The position numbers were made by a program, and so were the translations under genes. DNA of 24,147 nt, from positions 1 through 24,147 of the forward strand of contig JBDRPL010000021.1 of NCBI GenBank assembly GCA_043827025.1, in the 5' to 3' direction. Source of the DNA: Candidatus Micrarchaeota archaeon. GTDB taxonomy: Archaea; Micrarchaeota; Micrarchaeia; Anstonellales; Bilamarchaeaceae. Below the pieces are notes generated by a model. The model searched no databases. It saw nothing but the letters and a program-made list of their open reading frames with translations, and was not told the DNA's origin. This document shows positions 1-5,265 of this stretch, one piece after another; within the stretch, counting starts at the first letter, position 1; each line of letters begins with the position of its first letter.

Positions 1-504
1 CCTGAATTACAAAAAGATTTAGTAGATGAATTGATTCAACATGAGTATTTCAAACAAATGCATCCGGTTCTCATAGATGCCTTAGAAGCCCATGGCAATG
101 GAAAATATTCATTGTCTATACCCACATTATTTTTACTTATAGATGGAGCAATAGTTGAATATTTCACTTGCACGCTTAAACCTGAAGAGAAATATTATAA
201 GTGTACCAATAAGGGCTGCGGTAAATGTATGGATATATGTCCTTACTGTAAAGAGAAACTTGATCCTCCCAAGCTAACCGCTGGAAGGATAGCTAAAAAG
301 TTAGTTGAGAAACAAAAGATCAATTATTTGTACGATGATTTCAGTGGAGCTCGGTATATTGCTAGAAAATATGGACCAAAACGTTCCCCAGTTTTGCATG
401 GCTCTGATAAAGAATACTTTAAGGATAGAGAACTGTCAACAATATTAGTTTTTACGCTTAGCTCTTTGTCATCCCTAATTGAAGAGCATAAAAAGAAAAA
501 GTAA
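1..504 (+). CDS. HEPN-like domain protein with Cys-rich (putative zinc-binding) insert; 5' end lies outside the window
   Basis: Frame 1 is open from base 1 (PELQKDLVDELIQHEY...) to TAA at 502-504. It contains AHxxGxYxLSIPxLxxLIDG, an RxxxxH(G) motif (RSPVLHG, 382-402) and CTNKGCGKCMDICPYC (202-249). Confidence 0.6.
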   Translation, partial: PELQKDLVDELIQHEYFKQMHPVLIDALEAHGNGKYSLSIPTLFLLIDGAIVEYFTCTLKPEEKYYKCTNKGCGKCMDICPYCKEKLDPPKLTAGRIAKKLVEKQKINYLYDDFSGARYIARKYGPKRSPVLHGSDKEYFKDRELSTILVFTLSSLSSLIEEHKKKK

Positions 505-541
505 ACACCAAAAAACCGAGGTGTCTTAAATGAGTGTCAAA

Positions 542-651
542 AAACAACACAACCAAACCCCTGGACTCAGAACTGAAAACAGTCAGTTTAACGTCGTCAA
601 GACCCAAAACTCAGGACTCAAAACAGCCTCTGGCTTGACGTGCGGTCTGAG
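542..651. repeat. Intergenic direct repeat, copy 1 (110 bp), built from RRACYCA-like heptamers
   Basis: Aligns to 1813-2036 at 97/110 positions once two 57-nt insertions are removed. Exact shared blocks: actgaaaacagtcagtttaacgtcg (572-596 = 1900-1924) and ggcttgacgtgcggtctgag (632-651 = 2017-2036). Confidence 0.92.
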
Positions 652-715
652 TAAAGCAAATGTCTTGTGTCTAGGGTCTGGTGTTTCGTCGTATTCGGTA
701 CTGAGTTCTGCGTCC
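563..715. repeat. Long imperfect inverted repeat made of 7-mer units
   Basis: Left units: ggactca/gaactga (563-576) and agaccca/aaactca/ggactca/aaacagc (600-627). Complementary-type right units: tgtcttg/tgtctag/ggtctgg/tgtttcg (661-688) and tgagttc/tgcgtcc (702-715). 563-577 pairs almost fully with 701-715. Confidence 0.7.
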
Positions 716-780
716 AAAACTGGCATAGGCGAAAAAGCGCATAGGCAGACCCAGAAGTTATCCTACAATTCCATATAAAA

Positions 781-821
781 ATGTGTGCTAACCATTACGA
801 CGTATTCTGTTAGGCACACAT
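781..821. promoter_or_regulatory. Palindrome upstream of the fic promoter (operator or recombination-site-like)
   Basis: atgtgtgctaac (781-792) and gttaggcacacat (809-821) are inverted arms with one bulged base around an inner tacg-a-cgta. A TATA-like tttaataa follows at 846-853. Confidence 0.5.
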
Positions 822-875
822 CTCGCATAATAAATGTGTGATAACTTTAATAATACTTGCATTCCAAATATAAGC

Positions 876-1808
876 ATGAGAATAAGAAAAAAAATAGTGA
901 AAGGCATTGAATATAATTATATGGAAGAAACCATCAGACTGGAAACACCAAAGGTTTATTCCATTTTCCTTGGTAGGAAAATACCTAGCAAAACTGAGCT
1001 TGAACATGCAGAGCAAATGCTGTTCAACAAAATCTACACTGATCTTCTTGATGGCACTCAACCAGTACATCTAACAAAAGAGCAACTTGTTGAAGCCGAA
1101 AAACACAGGAGAAGGTATTTCCAAAAAATAAAGAAATTGAGTAAGGCAAGACAGGATGAAAAAGATGAAGTAGATATAGTAAATTTCGTTTATACAACAC
1201 TTACAACTGAAGGCGTGCCAATAACAAAGGAAGATGCAAACCTCGCATATAATTTCACTCAAAAAAACATAAAGAACATAAGGGACGAAAATCTCCAGGT
1301 AGCGCTGGATATGATAAAAGGATTACGACATGTCAAAGAAAGCAAAAAAGGAATTGATCAAAAATTCATTCTTGAACTGCATAAAATAATTATGGCTGGG
1401 TATAAAGAAAGAAAACCAGGCATATTCCGCAAAAAACAGGCATATATTTACTTAAAAAGCTATCAAAAGGTAGAAGAAATCGGCTTCAGGCCTTCGGCAC
1501 CTGATGACATAAAAACTAAAATTGATGAGATTGTCAATTGGTATAACTCAAACATTGGGAAATTAAGTGCGATAGAACTTGCCGCACTGTTGCACCTTAA
1601 ATTCTACAGGGTTCATCCATTTGAAGATGGAAATAAAAGAGTGTCGCGTCTGCTCATCAATAAAGCGCTGTTTGATGCTGGATACCCTATGCTCAATATT
1701 TCGAAAGACACGAAAGGCTATTTTGATGCACTTATATATTCAGTTGAGAAGAATGATGAACAGCAATTCGTAATGTTCGTTTTCGAGCAATTCATCAAAT
1801 TCATATGA
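876..1808 (+). CDS. Fic/Doc family protein (class II type, with N-terminal inhibitory motif)
   Basis: Fic motif HPFEDGNKRVSR (1614-1649) and (S/T)xxxE(G/N) motif TLTTEG (1197-1214). Start moved to ATG 876 because TATA-like tttaataa (846-853) lies inside the longer ORF. Confidence 0.9.
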   Translation: MRIRKKIVKGIEYNYMEETIRLETPKVYSIFLGRKIPSKTELEHAEQMLFNKIYTDLLDGTQPVHLTKEQLVEAEKHRRRYFQKIKKLSKARQDEKDEVDIVNFVYTTLTTEGVPITKEDANLAYNFTQKNIKNIRDENLQVALDMIKGLRHVKESKKGIDQKFILELHKIIMAGYKERKPGIFRKKQAYIYLKSYQKVEEIGFRPSAPDDIKTKIDEIVNWYNSNIGKLSAIELAALLHLKFYRVHPFEDGNKRVSRLLINKALFDAGYPMLNISKDTKGYFDALIYSVEKNDEQQFVMFVFEQFIKFI

Positions 1809-1840
1809 ACTGAAACAACACAACCAAAACCCCGAACTCA

Positions 1841-1897
1841 GCGCAATTGTTGCGTTGCGCAACAATGCGCCCATAAATCGAAGCGTCGATTTATCGG
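1841..1897. mobile_element. 57-nt double-hairpin insertion A (REP/MITE-like)
   Basis: Absent from copy 1. Sequence gcgcaattgttgcg-ttg-cgcaacaatgcgc followed by cc-ataaatcga-agcg-tcgatttat-cgg. Confidence 0.65.
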
Positions 1898-1943
1898 GGA
1901 CTGAAAACAGTCAGTTTAACGTCGCCAAGACACTGAACTCAAG

Positions 1944-2000
1944 ACCGATTTTTCGTTGCTACGAAAAATGATCCATAAATCGGAAACGCCGATTTATCGG
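1944..2000. mobile_element. 57-nt double-hairpin insertion B (REP/MITE-like)
   Basis: Absent from copy 1. Contains atttttcgt-tgct-acgaaaaat followed by cc-ataaatcgg-aaacg-ccgatttat-cgg. gacc occurs at both 1943-1946 and 2000-2003, so the boundary is ambiguous by 4 nt. Confidence 0.65.
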
Positions 2001-2037
2001 ACCCAAGACAGTCTCAGGCTTGACGTGCGGTCTGAGA

Positions 2038-2118
2038 CCAAACCCTTTTTCTTTCCAAAGAAAAAGGTTTATGGATTGACACATAATTGTGTCAAGTCTT
2101 GACATCATAGATGTCAAG
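2038..2118. repeat. Cluster of three adjacent short hairpins
   Basis: aaacc(c)tttttcttt-cc-aaagaaaaaggttt (2040-2070), ttgacaca-taat-tgtgtcaa (2077-2095 region) and cttgacatc-ata-gatgtcaag (2098-2118). Confidence 0.8.
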
Positions 2119-2235
2119 GTATCATCCCAAAAAGAAAGGAATTTGCAAATAACATTTCGAATTGGTCAAAAGCCCATTTGGTACGTAACAGAAACTACGT
2201 TCTTGATTTCTGATTCCCCTCCCACGACTAGGCAT

Positions 2236-2273
2236 TATCCAAAAAGAAACCTTTGGATACGCTGATTTAAAAA
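2236..2273 (+). promoter_or_regulatory. Palindrome plus TATA box of the GNAT gene
   Basis: tatccaaa-N8-tttggata (2236-2259), then tttaaaaa (2266-2273), ~22 nt before ATG 2295. Confidence 0.5.
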
Positions 2274-2294
2274 TATTCGAAAGAGATAATTGCT

Positions 2295-2744
2295 ATGCGA
2301 ATCCGTCGCTTCAGAAAAGAAGATGCTGAAAGTACGAGCAGATGCATAATCAGAACGCTAAAAGAAACAACTGCAAGATATTACCCAAAGAGAATTATTG
2401 ATGGTATTACAAAGGAAAGCCAACCTAAACAGATTGCAAAAAGGGCTTTGGAAAGACATCTCTTGGTTGTAGAAGATAAAGATAAGATAATCGGAACCAT
2501 AAACTTAACAAAAGACGGATGGATCAGCACATTCTTTATTGAACCGAAATATCAGGGTAAAGGAATCGGGACAAAACTACTTGCAAGTATAGAACGAATC
2601 GCAAAGAACAAAAAAATCAAGACAATAAGAACGCACTGTACCATTAACTCAGTTGATTTCTACAAAAAGAATGGATATCTGGTTGTTAAGCAAGTCGTTT
2701 TCAAAAATTACGGGCGGACTTACAGATTATTCAAGAGAATCTAG
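2295..2744 (+). CDS. GNAT family N-acetyltransferase
   Basis: Acetyl-CoA binding motif FIEPKYQGKGIGTKLL, C-terminal SVDFYKKNGY and N-terminal MRIRRFRKED. Confidence 0.9.
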   Translation: MRIRRFRKEDAESTSRCIIRTLKETTARYYPKRIIDGITKESQPKQIAKRALERHLLVVEDKDKIIGTINLTKDGWISTFFIEPKYQGKGIGTKLLASIERIAKNKKIKTIRTHCTINSVDFYKKNGYLVVKQVVFKNYGRTYRLFKRI

Positions 2745-2882
2745 TTATCACTGATTTAGATAGCTATGCGATTCCAGTGATAAATATCGGATAATGATTA
2801 TTTTTGTTTATCCGATAATATGTGCTCAACTATACACAGAGTCATAATGTATCGGATAGAACGATTTCCAAACTATCCGATA
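2745..2882. repeat. Three spaced inverted repeats, two of them homologous (TATCGGATAR-N13-YTATCCGATA)
   Basis: ttatcactg-N21-cagtgataa (2745-2783), tatcggataa-N13-ttatccgata (2785-2817) and tatcggatag-N13-ctatccgata (2850-2882). Confidence 0.85.
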
Positions 2883-2995
2883 GATGAGTGGAGTGTCTTG
2901 AGAACTAACTGCCACCAGCCAAGCTTCTTCAGTACGGCTTCCTGTTCTTTTCTCAGCACAAACCATTCTTTGGTAAGTTTATCGATGTCCTTCAT
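2873..2995 (-). other. Possible 40-aa small ORF or gene remnant (MKDIDKLTKEWFVLRKEQEAVLKKLGWWQLVLKTLHSSIG)
   Basis: Translated by hand. It reads like an amphipathic helix and overlaps (ATGA) the stop of a start-less hydrophobic fragment, VGVVVAILLFVIMPKKFSLKSMMQS. Confidence 0.25.
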
Positions 2996-3070
2996 GATTG
3001 CATCATGCTTTTCAAGCTGAACTTCTTCGGCATTATGACAAAAAGAAGAATGGCAACTACAACACCAACC

Positions 3071-4816
3071 TTACTGAACCTGCACACCAACATCCTCTGC
3101 AAAATATTTTGCAGTCAGGTTTTCCCCTGTTGCTTTCACAATGGTTTCATCCCATTTATACTGTATACCATAGCGGAACAAGTTTTCCTTCAGATACTCC
3201 CCAACTTCCTTCTGTCCGTAGAAGCTTTTGCTTGAATCTCCGTCATTACCCAGGACATCATAACTAAGAGTATGTTGAAGCTGGGAATCAATCAACCATC
3301 CAATCATGTAATTATGGTAATATGCAGGCACCGTTGCAATGTGTATCTTCGAAGCCCAGTCAGGCTCATCCCTTCCCTCAGGTTTCTTCAGAAGTTGATA
3401 TTTCTCGACAAGGTCCCACCACAACTTATTCAAATCCTGGTCAGGATTCTCGTACATACTCTTCTCAAACCTGTACATCACCTGCGCCCAGCTGCTAAAA
3501 ATAAGTGCATCCGCCTGCATGTATCTGGTACTGTTGATACGCATTCCTTCATCCATCGAAATATTTACTGCACTCTTGATCCACTCGGGCTTGTAGGCCA
3601 TTTCCTGGAACATCATTGCAACTCCTTCAGTGGTAGAGATGTCCACACTACGAAGAGCCCATGGAAGGCTGGAATTTATGTACTTGAAATAAGCAGCATG
3701 GCCTGATTCGTGCAGCATCGTATCCATCCAATAGGCACCTGGCTTCACATTGGCAACAATACGCACATCCTGACTACGATCAAGGTATGATGCATAGGCA
3801 TGCTGATATTTACCTGGCTTTTCATAAAGATCGCTTCGAATTATCACATCGTCAATAGGCAAACCCATGCTCATATAATAATCTTCAGTTATCTTCACAG
3901 CATCTTTATCAGAGTAGTAAGAATCAAAATCAATTGCGTAAACGCTTGGCGGAACAGATTGAAAGAACCTATTCTGATAATGCCATGGCATCAGCTCGTC
4001 CTTTGGCACCCCATAACGTTGGGAAAGCGAATCATCAAGTTCATCCTTCATCTGGGCATACTTGTCGCGAGTCAGAATATCAAGTTCATCAAATAATGCC
4101 GTGACATCTGCAGGGCTCTGTTCATTTAATATCAAACTCATCTCATGATAGTTATTGAATCCCAGCTCATGAGCAACTTCATTCCTCATCTTCACCAATT
4201 GAATTACTTTGTCTGAAACCACAGGGCCGATTTCTTTGCTGTTCAACCAAACTGCCTTGAGTTCTTCCGAATCATTTGAATACGTTAATATCTCCTCAAC
4301 TTCATTATCAGTGATGCTATTTCCATCCAATTGAACGCGATAGGTATTGAATTCCTGTTCAACAGTGTTCTGAAGGTTTATTATGGCTTCAATCTTCTTT
4401 TCATCAACCTGGGAGCTGAGATATGAATTATACAACACTTCAAGTTCCCTCTTGAGAAGCAGGTCAGTGATGTTTCCAGATTCCATGAATGCACTGAGTT
4501 TAGCGAAATCGCTTTTATTGGAATATGCTTTGGCAAGGGCAATGGTCTTTTCGCTGAGCATCTCATAATCCTCTTCCTTGCCAGATATGGATGCAGTAAA
4601 ATATGCAAGGTTGTTTTCTTTCTCGAGCTGTGCAAGATTAGTTTCAAGTTCAAAAAGGAATCCTCGTAACTCATCATCAGCCGAAACTGTTTGGACCTGA
4701 ACAGCAGTGGTGTTGGTCTGATTCTGGATAGGAGTCTTAACAATTGGACTCTGCTGCAGGCATCCTGCACAGAATATCAAAACAAAAGCAAATAAGACCA
4801 TACTAAAATTCTTCAT
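3071..4816 (-). CDS. M2/M3-type (gluzincin) zinc metallopeptidase with lipoprotein-like signal peptide
   Basis: HEXXH (LHESGH), downstream TEGVA, DLYEKPGKYQHA and KIHIATVPAYYHNY. Start moved to ATG 4816 (MKNFSMVLFAFVLIFCAGC), since the longer ORF runs through the promoter and hairpins. Confidence 0.85.
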   Translation of the reverse strand: MKNFSMVLFAFVLIFCAGCLQQSPIVKTPIQNQTNTTAVQVQTVSADDELRGFLFELETNLAQLEKENNLAYFTASISGKEEDYEMLSEKTIALAKAYSNKSDFAKLSAFMESGNITDLLLKRELEVLYNSYLSSQVDEKKIEAIINLQNTVEQEFNTYRVQLDGNSITDNEVEEILTYSNDSEELKAVWLNSKEIGPVVSDKVIQLVKMRNEVAHELGFNNYHEMSLILNEQSPADVTALFDELDILTRDKYAQMKDELDDSLSQRYGVPKDELMPWHYQNRFFQSVPPSVYAIDFDSYYSDKDAVKITEDYYMSMGLPIDDVIIRSDLYEKPGKYQHAYASYLDRSQDVRIVANVKPGAYWMDTMLHESGHAAYFKYINSSLPWALRSVDISTTEGVAMMFQEMAYKPEWIKSAVNISMDEGMRINSTRYMQADALIFSSWAQVMYRFEKSMYENPDQDLNKLWWDLVEKYQLLKKPEGRDEPDWASKIHIATVPAYYHNYMIGWLIDSQLQHTLSYDVLGNDGDSSKSFYGQKEVGEYLKENLFRYGIQYKWDETIVKATGENLTAKYFAEDVGVQVQ

Positions 4817-4860
4817 GCAATCACATTCTAGGCTAGGGAAAGGATGTTTATTAAGGTTCA

Positions 4861-4887
4861 TATAAGAAAAATAAAAAAAAGAATCAA
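4861..4887 (-). terminator. Oligo-T tract after the hairpin pair; likely terminator of the decarboxylase operon
   Basis: The minus strand reads ttgattcttttttttatttttctt immediately after the hairpin at 4888-4941. Confidence 0.55.
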
Positions 4888-4997
4888 TGTGACCGAAGGG
4901 ACCCCACAGCAAGCTGATAGGGTATGCCCCATTCGGTCACAGCTTTGATGAACTGGATTTCGCTGCAAGCAGCGGGGTATGGACCCAGTTCATCAAA
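4888..4997. ncRNA. Tandem pair of homologous 54-nt stem-loops (candidate structured RNA/ssDNA motif)
   Basis: Unit 1 is 4888-4941 and unit 2 is 4944-4997. They share length, the GCAAGC apex, GGGTATG and CCCA, and differ by six compensatory pair substitutions. Confidence 0.55.
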
Positions 4998-5002
4998 TTA
5001 AA

Positions 5003-5245
5003 TTATTTCTTCTCGAACAGATTGTATAGGTATGCAAAAATGGCACCGCCAATGAGTCCATCCAAGAATCCATAAACCAAACCAATCATTGCACCAACAA
5101 AACCAGGTTGAAACCCGATATATACAGTCCCGAGGGAATGTACAAGGCCTACTCCTGGACCAACACCTGCAATTAATGCCAGGCAAAAAACATATATGCC
5201 CCAGCTAACACCAGTTGCCAAACCAAAACTTTTTACATTCAACAT
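5003..5245 (-). CDS. Small Gly-rich membrane protein (family often auto-annotated 'bacteriophage holin'); function unknown
   Basis: LNVKSFGLAxG ... YIGF...GAMIGLVYGFLDGLIGGAIFAYLYN pattern with 2-3 hydrophobic segments. An AGGTG SD precedes ATG 5245. Confidence 0.7.
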   Translation of the reverse strand: MLNVKSFGLATGVSWGIYVFCLALIAGVGPGVGLVHSLGTVYIGFQPGFVGAMIGLVYGFLDGLIGGAIFAYLYNLFEKK

Positions 5246-5265
5246 AGAATACACCTAAAAAGTGC

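Larger units (their letters stand above)
1813..2036. repeat. Intergenic direct repeat, copy 2, interrupted by two 57-nt insertions and lacking the right arm of copy 1
   Basis: Offsets to copy 1 step from 1271 to 1328 to 1385, i.e. +57 twice. It begins within 5 nt of the fic stop codon. Confidence 0.92.

Noticed and set aside
542..770. Canonical integron attC site (AAC at 551-553, GTT at 757-759)
   Set aside because: The span is ~210 nt, the flanks acacaac and gttatcc do not fit RYYYAAC/GTTRRRY or pair with each other, and no intI is in the window. Kept only as a non-canonical hypothesis.
2785..2817. Archaeal Xer dif site
   Set aside because: dif has 11-bp arms with a 6-bp spacer. These sites have 10-bp arms with 13-bp spacers and occur twice.
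2785..2882. Mini CRISPR array (33-bp repeat, 32-bp spacer)
   Set aside because: There are only two units, their central 13 nt differ, and there are no cas genes or recognisable leader.
4817..4912. N-terminal extensions in the ORF track (also 834-875, 11739-11819, 22135-22296, 22636-22677)
   Set aside because: They run through TATA boxes, hairpins or neighbouring genes. The downstream starts fit signal peptides, SD or TATA spacing better.
4888..4997. Box C/D sRNA, archaeal SECIS or guanidine-II riboswitch
   Set aside because: TGATGA occurs only in unit 2, is fully paired and has no terminal CTGA. The GAA of unit 1 is paired and no in-frame UGA gene is nearby. The loops are CAAG/CTTG, not ACGR.
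5003..5245. Prophage lysis gene (holin)
   Set aside because: No viral genes are in the window, and the gene is the tail of a metabolic operon.
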